Origin: Myxococcales bacterium
GTDB taxonomy: Bacteria > Myxococcota_A > UBA9042
Assembly: GCA_037441385.1 (NCBI GenBank)
Contig: JBBISH010000072.1
Span: 1-33,390 of the forward strand
Reading direction: 5' to 3'
DNA length: 33,390 nucleotides
A program made the translations under genes and the position numbers. The stretch's first letter is position 1. Each line of letters starts with the position of its first letter. The notes beneath the pieces were generated by a model. It was not told the origin of the DNA. It made no database searches and was given only the letters and a program-made list of their open reading frames with translations. Positions 25,205 through 33,390 of this stretch are shown one piece after another.

Positions 25205-26056
25205 CTACGTCTGGCAGCGCGGACACCAAAACGTCGCCCGCTGCCCCACCCGCGCAGCGACGATCTGCGGGACCGGCGCATCCAGCCGCAACTCCCTACA
25301 TCGATTGCATTCTTGGCCATGGCGTTGGTACACGTCCAGCTGCTGTTGAAAGTAGCCCGGCGCCTGGTTGCCGCCCACAAAATCGCGCAACGTCGAGCCG
25401 CCGGCGTCGATGGCATCGCGGAGCACGGCCTGAGCCTGCTGGACCAGCTCGGCGCACTCGGCCAGGGTGACCCGCTCAGCCGGCCGCAGCGGCGAAATCC
25501 GTGCCCGGAAGCAGGTCTCCGAGGCGTAGATGTTGCCGATACCCACGACGACCGCACCGTCCATCAGCAACTGCTTGATCGGCACCTGCCGACCGACGCA
25601 GCGCGAGTGCAAGTAACCCGCTGAAAACTCGGACGACAGCGGCTCCGGCCCCAGATCGCAAAGGAGCGGGTGAGCCTCGCCCGGCGGCAGCAGGTCCAGG
25701 GCGCCAAACCGGCGGGCGTCCACATAGCGCAGCCACAGCGGGTCGCCCACAGCGCCGTCGAGCTGCCAGCGCCAGTGCTCGTGCTTCTGCCACTCGGGCT
25801 CGGGCCCCGGCTGGGCAAACAAGCGCCCCGACATGCCCAAGTGGACGAGCACCTGCGCACCTTCGAGCTGCAACAACAGGTACTTGGCCCGTCGGCGCAC
25901 CTCGCCGATCCGCGCCCCCACCTGCCCAAGCAACGCCTGCACCGGCATCGGATAGCGCAAGTCGGCGCGCTTGAAGGTCATCTGCACAATCAGCCGGCCC
26001 GGGAGCACTAGCTCCAGGTGGCGGCGCACGGTCTCGACTTCAGGAAGTTCCGGCAT
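25205..26056 (-). CDS. mutM: Formamidopyrimidine-DNA glycosylase
   Basis: MPELPEVET, RRAKYL, HLGMSG, D.RRFG, LGPEPL, GIGNIYASE, C-terminal zinc finger CNRC...CPRCQ. Confidence 0.95.
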   Translation of the reverse strand: MPELPEVETVRRHLELVLPGRLIVQMTFKRADLRYPMPVQALLGQVGARIGEVRRRAKYLLLQLEGAQVLVHLGMSGRLFAQPGPEPEWQKHEHWRWQLDGAVGDPLWLRYVDARRFGALDLLPPGEAHPLLCDLGPEPLSSEFSAGYLHSRCVGRQVPIKQLLMDGAVVVGIGNIYASETCFRARISPLRPAERVTLAECAELVQQAQAVLRDAIDAGGSTLRDFVGGNQAPGYFQQQLDVYQRHGQECNRCRELRLDAPVPQIVAARVGQRATFWCPRCQT

Positions 26057-26080
26057 GAATTCCAAATGCTTCTATTTGGT

Positions 26081-26887
26081 TCAGCGACTACGCATCACGC
26101 GAGCCAGGTACCGGCTGCAATCCAGCGTCTTGCGCAGCAACAGCATGTCGCTCGCAAACTGTTGCGGTGCCGGCGGATCGGCCCGCAACTCGGCATCGCT
26201 GCGGCGATCGGCCTTGGCCACCACCCAGCGCTGACCGTGCTGCCAACGGGCGTCCAGATCGTCGCGGGCGCAGCGCGAAAACTTGGTCAGGAGCCGCAAT
26301 CGCCCGGCCACGCTGGGCTCGTCGACCGAACCGTTGAGGTCCACGCCCTGCTCGGCCGCCAGCTCGCTCCAACGCTCGGCCAAGACCTCGGCGCGCAGGC
26401 GCTGCGTGTCCAGATCACTCGATATTTCGCCATGAAACCGCATCAGCGGCACCGGGTCGTAGTTGTCTGGCGCGCTGCCACGCGCGGGCATCACGCGGTA
26501 GAGCGTCTCGACCAGGGCAAAGTAGCCGTGCAGAAGGTCCGCGTGGGCCTCGTCGCGCAAGGCGGCATTGCGCATGGCGCGGGCCATCTCCACGCGATCG
26601 CGCCGCACCGTGGCAATCGGGTCGCTGTGCGGGAATAGGTCGTCGTCTTCCATCGGCGCGGGTGGCAGCTGAGCCGGTTCTTCGGGCAGTGGCCGCGGCG
26701 CAGGATAGCGCACGTTCGCAAATTGGGGCGGCGGCTGCGGACGCGGCTTGCTGCGCACTTGCGGGCCACCGCAGGCCGCCAGCGCCGCCAAGCCCAGCAC
26801 GGCCAGCGGTCGCCAAAAAGCCGCTTGCCCGGCCCGCAGCGGCTTTGGCAAGTCCAAGGCCACGGCGAGTCGGGCAAGCAAGTGCAT
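26081..26887 (-). CDS. Hypothetical lipoprotein
   Basis: LAALAA-C lipobox, Pro-rich linker, helical C-terminal domain; co-oriented between neighbours with short gaps. Confidence 0.65.
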   Translation of the reverse strand: MHLLARLAVALDLPKPLRAGQAAFWRPLAVLGLAALAACGGPQVRSKPRPQPPPQFANVRYPAPRPLPEEPAQLPPAPMEDDDLFPHSDPIATVRRDRVEMARAMRNAALRDEAHADLLHGYFALVETLYRVMPARGSAPDNYDPVPLMRFHGEISSDLDTQRLRAEVLAERWSELAAEQGVDLNGSVDEPSVAGRLRLLTKFSRCARDDLDARWQHGQRWVVAKADRRSDAELRADPPAPQQFASDMLLLRKTLDCSRYLARVMRSR

Positions 26888-26902
26888 TCGCGTCAGAGTC
26901 TT

Positions 26903-28318
26903 CTACTGGGGCAGGCGGCCGTCGTTGCGAGTGGTACCGAAGGGCGCAACCCACGCCTCGGTCGTCGCTTTCTTGTCCGCCTTGAACGCGCGCAGCTTGG
27001 CACCGTCCCACACGTACAGCGTGCCGTCGGGGCTCAGGACCGGCGACGGGCGCACACCCGGCGTGATCCAGGTGGTGGGCGTGGCCATAAAGCCCGTGTT
27101 CAGGCTGACCTCACCCGCGGCGGCGTCATACAGAGCGATACCGAGCAACTGACCGTTGCGGTCCAGGGCCGTGACGGCGCCGTCGGTCGAGACGAACAGC
27201 GTGCCATCTTGGGCGACCACGGGGCGACCAGCGGGGTGGTGCAGTGTAGAGAACGTGTCGATCGGCTGCACGCCGGCCGAACCGGGCGCCAGGTACTTGC
27301 CGGGCGAGAAGTCGGTCTTCTTGGTCGAGAAGCCGTCGAACACCCAGCGCTTCTGGCCGGTGGCTGCGTCGATCGCGTACAACGGGTCGATCGGCTCGAC
27401 GCGCTTCTCCCACACCGGGAAGTAGACCACATCGCGCGTGACCGTCGGGGCCGCGGCCACAGTGCAGTCGGTGCAATCCGGCTTGAAGGTCCAGTCGACC
27501 TGGCCCTGCTGCGAGACGCGCTGCAGCACGTGATCGCCGCCGGTGACCGCGTAGGTCTCGCCCTTGGGTCCGGGGGCAAAGTCGACCACGCCCTGCGGGA
27601 AGTTGTAGGTCCACAGGACCTTGCCGTGGCCATCCTCGGCGATCAGGTTGCCGAACAGCGGCTGGCCGCCGAGCTGCGAACCCCACATCGAGTCGATGCC
27701 GCGCGAGCCCGACAGGTAGCGGATCGAGCCGTCGGCCAGCACGGCCGCGGGCGATGCGTCGCTGCGGGTAAAGCGGATGGCGCCGGTCTGGCGGTCCAGG
27801 GCGTACAGCGTCGCGTTGCTGCCCCAGTTGGTGGTCGCCGCGTACACGGTGTCCGACGACATGGACGGCGGCGTGCCGACGGGTGCGCCCGAAAGCTGCT
27901 GCGACCAACGGGACTTGGCCATCTCGGCGCCGCTCAGGGCCTGCACCGACGCGTCGGAGGTATTGCCCGACATCAGGTAGAGGTTGCCTGTCTCGTCGGC
28001 CGACGGGACGGTCAGGTTCGAGCCGGTGTTGCCCAGCGGAGTCAGGCTGCCGTTCTTGCCAATGCGCAGCAGCTCGTTGCCGCGCGCCACCACCAACTCA
28101 CCGTTCTGCATGGCGACCGGCGGCCACTCGATCGGGTTGGCCGACAAATCGGCGCTGTAGATCTGGGTGCCGATTTCGCCGCACACGCGCACGCCGCCAG
28201 CGTCGGTGCAGACGCTGTCTTCTTGGCACGCCGCACTGACCAGAGCCAGGGACGAGAGCGCAGCCAGGGTGGCTGCCCGGGGCAGCACGCGAGTCAGCGA
28301 GTGGAAGAAGCGTCGCAT
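26903..28318 (-). CDS. PQQ-like (BamB-type) beta-propeller lipoprotein
   Basis: AAGGAGG RBS; LVSAA-C lipobox; repeated LYALDRQTG, LYAIDAATGQKRWVF and SPVLSPDGTLYV blades. Confidence 0.85.
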   Translation of the reverse strand: MRRFFHSLTRVLPRAATLAALSSLALVSAACQEDSVCTDAGGVRVCGEIGTQIYSADLSANPIEWPPVAMQNGELVVARGNELLRIGKNGSLTPLGNTGSNLTVPSADETGNLYLMSGNTSDASVQALSGAEMAKSRWSQQLSGAPVGTPPSMSSDTVYAATTNWGSNATLYALDRQTGAIRFTRSDASPAAVLADGSIRYLSGSRGIDSMWGSQLGGQPLFGNLIAEDGHGKVLWTYNFPQGVVDFAPGPKGETYAVTGGDHVLQRVSQQGQVDWTFKPDCTDCTVAAAPTVTRDVVYFPVWEKRVEPIDPLYAIDAATGQKRWVFDGFSTKKTDFSPGKYLAPGSAGVQPIDTFSTLHHPAGRPVVAQDGTLFVSTDGAVTALDRNGQLLGIALYDAAAGEVSLNTGFMATPTTWITPGVRPSPVLSPDGTLYVWDGAKLRAFKADKKATTEAWVAPFGTTRNDGRLPQ

Positions 28319-28340
28319 CGTAACCTCCTTGACCTGTACA

Positions 28341-28375
28341 GTAGACGATCCGGTAGACGATCCGGTAGACGATCC
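28341..28375. repeat. 12-bp tandem repeat GTAGACGATCCG, 2.9 copies
   Basis: Units at 28341, 28353 and 28365; about 10 bp upstream of the RBS of the beta-propeller gene. Confidence 0.9.
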
Positions 28376-28561
28376 AATGGGCTACACGGTTTATGCTATG
28401 GGTATCCCGCTCATCGGACGAAGCCAACGTTTGCGCAACGCGCCACGGTCCGAGTTTATTCCCAACTTTCCAGCGTCGATTCCAAACTGGATCAGCGCCT
28501 GAAGTGTTTCTTGGAGTGCCCGACTGTCCTGGTGGGTGCCGCGCAGGCAAGCCGTTTGATC

Positions 28562-28614
28562 GAACACGAACCCTTTCGTGTTCTCAACCTAGCCATTGCC
28601 CCAAGGGCGCGCAA
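28562..28614 (-). promoter_or_regulatory. Candidate sigma70 promoter with a perfect 9-4-9 palindrome at the predicted start site
   Basis: Minus strand TTGCGC (28614-28609)-N17-TAGGTT (28591-28586), then GAACACGAA-AGGG-TTCGTGTTC (28583-28562). Confidence 0.5.
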
Positions 28615-28637
28615 GTGAAAAATCCTCAAGCGCTCAC

Positions 28638-30308
28638 TTATTTTCTCATTCGGCTGGCCAACCGGTCGCGCACCCGCAAAATCTGTCGTGGCATTCCGGG
28701 CATACGCACTGCCGAACCGACGACGACCAGGGCCAAGAGCCAGCCCAAACCGGCAGGCAGCAGCGCCACGCCCCGCAACACGGCTTTGGGCCAACCCGGC
28801 GGCAGCCCGGCCAAAATCGACGCGCCGGCCTTCAGGCCCACCCACGCGAGCGCCGCCGCTGCGATCGCGACCGGCGCGGTCCTGGCGATCCCCTGCAACA
28901 GGATCAGGGCGTCCAGGCCCAGCCGCCGCCGCGCCAAAATGGCCAAGACAAGCGCTTGCAGTGCAATGCCGACGACGCCTGCCAGACATAGCCCAGTAAT
29001 TTCGTGGTCGTGCCAAGACGCCAGCGCGCCATACACCGGCAACATCGCCACGGTCACCACGGTGGTGGCTACCATGGGTCGCCACGTGTCGCCCGTGGCA
29101 TAGAAGGCGCGGGCCAAAACCTGCTGTGCGCCCCAGGCCGGAATCGCAGCACACAAGGGCAACAACGCCACCGCCGCCATGTCGGCGTCGTGAGCGCTGA
29201 AATGGCCGTACTGGAACAGCATCGCCACAACTTCGCGGCTCGACACCGCCAGACCGGCGGCGAGCACGGCGGACAGACCCAACACGGCCCCCAGCGAACC
29301 GGCCAAAATCCGTGCCAATTCCAGGCGCTGCCCCTCTGCGTGCAGCCGGGCAAGGTAGGTGCCGGCCGCCTGCCCGGCCGCGGTGCCCAACAGGCCGATT
29401 GGCACGAGCATTACCCGCCGCGCCGTCATCAGCCACGAGATCGAGCCCGGCTGCAGCGAGGATCCAAAGCGCTTGACCAGCCACTCGTCCACGGTCGTCA
29501 GGCTGACGCCTATCATCAAGGGCGCGGCAATCCACAGGAATTGGCGGATCTCGCTGTCGGTGGGGCGCCAAAGGAAGCGGAACCGCAGTTGCTGACGCGC
29601 CGACCACATGGGCACGATCAGGCCGCCCAGCGCGGCGCCGATCAAGGCGCCCCAGGAAAACCCTTCGATTTGGCCGACTTGTCCGCCGATCAGGCCGCCG
29701 GTGATGATGCCGCCGTTGTACAAAAGCGGCGTCAACGCCATGGCCGAGAAGCGCTGGCGGGCCAAGAGAGCCGCCTGCACGAGACCACCCAGCAAGAAAA
29801 ACAGCTGAGCCGGCAAGACGATCCGGGTCAAATGCGCGGTCTGCGTCACCTTGTCGGGTGCAAACCCCGGAAACCACATGCCAACTAGCGGTTCCGCAGC
29901 GAGCCAGGCCACCGCGATCAGCAGCGCCGCCACCACGGCCATCGCCGACGCGATCGTCGAAAACGCGCGATCGGCACGGGTCAGGCCGGCCGCATCCGGG
30001 AGAGCCGCCGCCGGATCCGCGTCCTGCTCGGCATAGAGCGCAGCCATGCGCGGCAGCAGCGACACGCTGAGCGCACCGCCGGCCAGCAGGTAGTTGATGA
30101 GGTCGGGCAGCGTGAACGACGCCTGGTAGACGTCGGTCTGGCCAGTCGCGCCGAATTGGAAGCCGATCAGCCAGTCACGGCCGTAACCCAGGATGCGCGA
30201 AAGGAGATTGCTGGCGGCCAGCAGCAGCGCCGCAGCTTGGATTCCGCGCACATGGGATGACGAAGCCGTGGAGGGGGAGGCGCCGGGCACGGAAGGGGGA
30301 GCAACCAT
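28638..30308 (-). CDS. murJ: Lipid II flippase MurJ (MviN)
   Basis: LSRILGYGRD, DVYQASFTLPD, LAGGALS, LARAFYATGDTWRP; many TM segments. Confidence 0.92.
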   Translation of the reverse strand: MVAPPSVPGASPSTASSSHVRGIQAAALLLAASNLLSRILGYGRDWLIGFQFGATGQTDVYQASFTLPDLINYLLAGGALSVSLLPRMAALYAEQDADPAAALPDAAGLTRADRAFSTIASAMAVVAALLIAVAWLAAEPLVGMWFPGFAPDKVTQTAHLTRIVLPAQLFFLLGGLVQAALLARQRFSAMALTPLLYNGGIITGGLIGGQVGQIEGFSWGALIGAALGGLIVPMWSARQQLRFRFLWRPTDSEIRQFLWIAAPLMIGVSLTTVDEWLVKRFGSSLQPGSISWLMTARRVMLVPIGLLGTAAGQAAGTYLARLHAEGQRLELARILAGSLGAVLGLSAVLAAGLAVSSREVVAMLFQYGHFSAHDADMAAVALLPLCAAIPAWGAQQVLARAFYATGDTWRPMVATTVVTVAMLPVYGALASWHDHEITGLCLAGVVGIALQALVLAILARRRLGLDALILLQGIARTAPVAIAAAALAWVGLKAGASILAGLPPGWPKAVLRGVALLPAGLGWLLALVVVGSAVRMPGMPRQILRVRDRLASRMRK

Positions 30309-30419
30309 GCCCGCAGGCTATCGCCGTTGCTGGTGCGCGCCAAGTTTCTCTGCCACTTGAACCACTGGCGGCTGGGGCAGACTGCGGCGCTGGCTGTGGC
30401 CGGGGGGATCGCTGGTGCA

Positions 30420-30552
30420 ATGCGGAATCCGTCTAACTCGGGTCGAAAAGTCCGGCAATTCTTCGGGCCCGAACCGGGGTCTCTGCCTGATTCTCGCCGG
30501 TTGCAGACCGGGTCAGAGAACCGTACAGGCGTGAATCAGACGGGGTTCGTAT
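30420..30552 (+). repeat. Repeat family A, copy 3 (133 bp)
   Basis: GGCAATTCTTCGGG...GCCTGATTCTCGCC...CCGTACAGGCGTGAATCAGACGGGGTTCGTAT matches copies 1 and 2; right end overlaps the TAA stop of the small Cys-rich gene. Confidence 0.9.
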
Positions 30553-30734
30553 TAGCTCTTCTTGCCGAAGGGCCACCACGACGAGCCACCCTCTTTGGTC
30601 TCGGCCTTGGGCGGTTGCTCGCGGCACTTGCAGCGCTTGTCGTGCGGAACGTCGCCCAGCACCATCTCGACGTGCGCGCCGCATCCAGTGAAGCTTGGCT
30701 TTCCGCAGGTACGGCAAGTGATTCGACTGCACAT
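30552..30734 (-). CDS. Small Cys-rich protein (60 aa), possibly metal-binding
   Basis: AAGGAG RBS; MCSRITCRTCGKPSFTGCGAHVE...RCKC; six Cys and two His. Confidence 0.75.
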   Translation of the reverse strand: MCSRITCRTCGKPSFTGCGAHVEMVLGDVPHDKRCKCREQPPKAETKEGGSSWWPFGKKS

Positions 30735-30860
30735 GCTAATGTTCTCCTTTACGTTTGCGCGATCGATTCGGCTGCAGCCACTGGCGGCCCAACCGCTCGG
30801 ACTATGGGAGCCATCACCTGGGCAAAGGGTTCAGCGCTGCCAGCAGATCCGCGCGCAAGG

Positions 30861-30889
30861 TGGACGCCCAGGCTGGCGATCGGTAGAAT
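30861..30889 (+). promoter_or_regulatory. Candidate sigma70 promoter for add-guaB
   Basis: TGGACG (30861-30866)-N17-TAGAAT (30884-30889), 60 bp upstream of the add start. Confidence 0.55.
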
Positions 30890-30948
30890 CCGGCGAATTT
30901 CTGCCCGGCCAGAAGCGGATGCCGGGTCCCTTTCAGGAGTTCACCCCT

Positions 30949-32148
30949 ATGTACAAACCGACCCGCGAGCTGATTCAGCGGCTGCCCAAGACCGACCTGC
31001 ACGTCCACCTGGACGGCTCGCTGCGGCTGAGCACGATCCTGGAGCTTGCCGAAGAAAACCACGTCAAATTGCCCACTACGGATCCCGACAAGTTGTTCGC
31101 CCTCATCGACGCCGACAACGCCAACAGCCTGACCGAGTACCTGCGCGCCTTTGACATCACGCTCAGCGTCATGCAGACCGAGGAATCGCTGTACCGCACC
31201 GCGTTGGAACTCTGCGAAGACGCCGCGGCAGAGAACGTCTGGTACATGGAAGTGCGCTATTCGCCGATGCTTCACATGCAGCACGGCCTGCCGCTGACGA
31301 CCATCGTCGAGGCCGTGCTGGCCGGTCTGCGCGACGGTAAGAAGAAGTACGGCATCCGTTCGGGGCTGATTATCTCGGCCCTGCGCCACACCGATCCCAA
31401 GTGGTCGCTGCGGCTTGCGGAATTGGCATGCGCCTACAAGAACCGCGGCGTGGTGGGCTACGATCTGGCTGGCGCCGAGGACGGTTTCCAAGCCCGCAAG
31501 TTTGCTGGAGCTTTCCACCTGATTCGCAGCAACAACGTCAACTGCACCGCCCACGCCGGCGAGGCGTTTGGGCCCGAGTCGATCCACCAAGCGCTGCACG
31601 ACTGCGGCGCGCACCGCATCGGCCACGGGACCCGGTTGCGCGAGGACGGCGATCTGCTGAACTTCGTCGCGGATCACCGCATTCCGCTGGAGATCTGCCT
31701 CAAATCGAACGTGCAGACGCGCGCCGTCGACAGCCTGGAGGCGCACCCGATCAACTTCTATCACGATTACGGAGTTCGGGTTACGCTAAACACCGATAAC
31801 CGTTTGATCACGAATACGACAGTAACCGACGAATATATGCTGTGGATCAACAATTTCGACGTCGCGGCCTCGGACGTGCGCGAAGTGGTGATCAACGGCT
31901 TCAAGTCGGCGTTCCAGTCGTATCGCTGGCGGCAGGACATCCTGGCGCGGGCAATCGTCGAGATCGACACCGCCATCGCCGAAGAGGCGCGCCGCCACGC
32001 CGAAGCGACCGGCGAGAAGCTGCCGGCCCAGTACAAGCGCGATCGCCGCGGCACCTCGCAGCGTTTTGAAGACAAGCAGCGCGAAGACGACGGGCTGACC
32101 CGCATGGTGCACGTGTCTGACACCAGCATGGGTTCGGCGGGCCGCTGA
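30949..32148 (+). CDS. add: Adenosine deaminase
   Basis: PKTDLHVHLDGS, YDLAGAE, HAGE, HRIGHG, LEICLKSN, NTDN; AGGAG RBS before ATG 30949. Confidence 0.92.
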   Translation: MYKPTRELIQRLPKTDLHVHLDGSLRLSTILELAEENHVKLPTTDPDKLFALIDADNANSLTEYLRAFDITLSVMQTEESLYRTALELCEDAAAENVWYMEVRYSPMLHMQHGLPLTTIVEAVLAGLRDGKKKYGIRSGLIISALRHTDPKWSLRLAELACAYKNRGVVGYDLAGAEDGFQARKFAGAFHLIRSNNVNCTAHAGEAFGPESIHQALHDCGAHRIGHGTRLREDGDLLNFVADHRIPLEICLKSNVQTRAVDSLEAHPINFYHDYGVRVTLNTDNRLITNTTVTDEYMLWINNFDVAASDVREVVINGFKSAFQSYRWRQDILARAIVEIDTAIAEEARRHAEATGEKLPAQYKRDRRGTSQRFEDKQREDDGLTRMVHVSDTSMGSAGR

Positions 32149-32178
32149 TCCCCCAACAAAACAACGAGGATCGTTCGC

Positions 32179-33306
32179 ATGTGGACAGATCGCCTGCTGC
32201 CGCACGGACCCGCGCTTACCTTTGACGATGTGCTTCTGGTGCCGCGCCGCAGCGAAGTGCTGCCAACCGATTGCAGTCCACGAACGGTACTTGCGGCCGA
32301 ATTGAGCTTGCCGATTCCGCTGTTGTCCGCCGCCATGGACACCGTCACCGACGTGCGGATGGCGATTGCCCTGGCGCAGCTGGGCGGCTTGGGGGTGATC
32401 CACAAGAATCAGGCGATCCCCGAGCAGGTCAAGACCATTCGCCGCGTCAAGGATACGCCCGTGCTGAGCCCGCAGGCCGCGATCGACCGCAACGGCGAGT
32501 TGCTGTCGGCGGCGGCGGTGGGCGCGGGCGCGGACGCGTGGCAACGGGCGACGCAATTGGTCAGCGCTGGCGTGGACTTGCTGGTGGTCGACACTGCCCA
32601 CGGCCACAGCGCCAACGTCTTGAAGCTGGTGCGGCAACTTCGCGAGAAGTGGCCGGAATTGCTGGTGTGCGCCGGCAACATCGCCACGCCCTTGGCGGCG
32701 ATCGATCTGGCAGCGGCGGGTGCTCAGATCGTCAAGGTGGGCGTGGGCCCCGGCTCGATCTGTACGACGCGCATCGTGGCAGGCGTGGGCGTGCCCCAGC
32801 TGACCGCGATTTTGGAGTGCGCCGAGGCTGCCAAGGCCCACGGTGTCAGCGTCATCGCCGATGGCGGGATCCGCTACTCGGGCGACGTGGTCAAGGCTCT
32901 GGCGGCGGGCGCCGACGCCGTGATGCTGGGTGGCCTGCTGGCCGGCACAGACGAGGCACCGGGGACGGTCGTCGAATCAGGCGGTCACCGGCGCAAGATC
33001 TACCGCGGCATGGGTTCGCTGGGCGCTATGCAAGACGGCAGCAAGGACCGCTACGGCCAGGCCGGCGTGGACAATGGCAAACTGGTGCCCGAAGGCGTGG
33101 AGGGCGAAATCGCGGCTTCTGGTCCGCTGGAAGGCGTGATTCACCAGCTTGTGGGCGGACTTAGGGCCGGAATGGGCTACGTGGGTGCGGCAACCTTGGG
33201 CGGCCTGCGCCAGGCCCACTTCGTCCGAATCACGCCGGCCGGCGTGCGCGAGAGCCATGTACACGACTTGGTGGGCGTGAAGGCCGCGCCGAACTATCGG
33301 GCATAA
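32179..33306 (+). CDS. guaB: IMP dehydrogenase lacking the CBS subdomain
   Basis: [34 protein letters not shown] (catalytic Cys), IADGGI, YRGMGS, flap [15 protein letters not shown]; 375 aa. Confidence 0.92.
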   Translation: MWTDRLLPHGPALTFDDVLLVPRRSEVLPTDCSPRTVLAAELSLPIPLLSAAMDTVTDVRMAIALAQLGGLGVIHKNQAIPEQVKTIRRVKDTPVLSPQAAIDRNGELLSAAAVGAGADAWQRATQLVSAGVDLLVVDTAHGHSANVLKLVRQLREKWPELLVCAGNIATPLAAIDLAAAGAQIVKVGVGPGSICTTRIVAGVGVPQLTAILECAEAAKAHGVSVIADGGIRYSGDVVKALAAGADAVMLGGLLAGTDEAPGTVVESGGHRRKIYRGMGSLGAMQDGSKDRYGQAGVDNGKLVPEGVEGEIAASGPLEGVIHQLVGGLRAGMGYVGAATLGGLRQAHFVRITPAGVRESHVHDLVGVKAAPNYRA

Positions 33307-33327
33307 TCGCCTAGAATCTGACTAGAT

Positions 33328-33359
33328 ACCCCTCTCACCGGCTCGTCGGGGAGAGGGGT
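33328..33359. repeat. GC-rich REP-like hairpin downstream of guaB
   Basis: ACCCCTCTC-ACCGGCTCGTCGGG-GAGAGGGGT; preceded by two CTAG tetramers at 33311 and 33322; no U-tract. Confidence 0.55.
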
Positions 33360-33390
33360 GGCGCGGCAGCGCCGGGGTGTGGGGTTGGCG

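Noticed and set aside
26723..28618. Long antisense ORFs (631 aa here; also 18279..19883, 15100..16602, 10315..11790)
   Set aside because: Shadow frames of well-supported opposite-strand genes, expected in high-GC DNA; no recognisable motifs.
28500..28650. 6S RNA, suggested by GGCACCCACC on the minus strand
   Set aside because: No long closing stem or complementary 5' arm; the required upstream part would run into the murJ coding end.
30770..30826. ZMP/ZTP riboswitch-like words (ACTGGCG...GGGAGC...CCTGGGCAA) upstream of add-guaB
   Set aside because: The P2 stem and P1-P3 linker are missing, the pseudoknot partner is CACC rather than CGCC, and the best promoter (30861-30889) lies downstream, so the segment would not be in the transcript.

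Overview
High-GC bacterial window whose gene content (Gly-rich and Cys-rich lipoproteins, STAND-TPR protein, NlpC/P60-like family) suggests a myxobacterium or related deltaproteobacterium (inference). From left to right: the 3' end of a Gly-rich protein; an arsR-arsD-arsA operon that continues into two thioredoxin-fold genes and ccdA but has no arsenite permease or arsC; TrmH-family methyltransferase, stand-alone B3/4 protein and MATE exporter; a minus-strand lipoprotein/TPR/STAND-TPR group; mutS2; two divergent lipoprotein genes bracketed by inverted copies of a CTAG-delimited composite repeat; a livKHMGF ABC importer; pgi; mutM; lipoproteins; murJ; a small Cys-rich protein; add and a CBS-less guaB. 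The most unusual signals are (1) a LivG ATPase with two predicted transmembrane hairpins inserted inside its nucleotide-binding domain, and (2) nested non-coding repeat families: a 134-bp MITE-like element in three copies and a CTAG-bounded hairpin with a LexA-box-like TACTG-N10-CAGTA core, several abutting or supplying stop codons. No rRNA, tRNA, CRISPR array, transposase or integrase was found.
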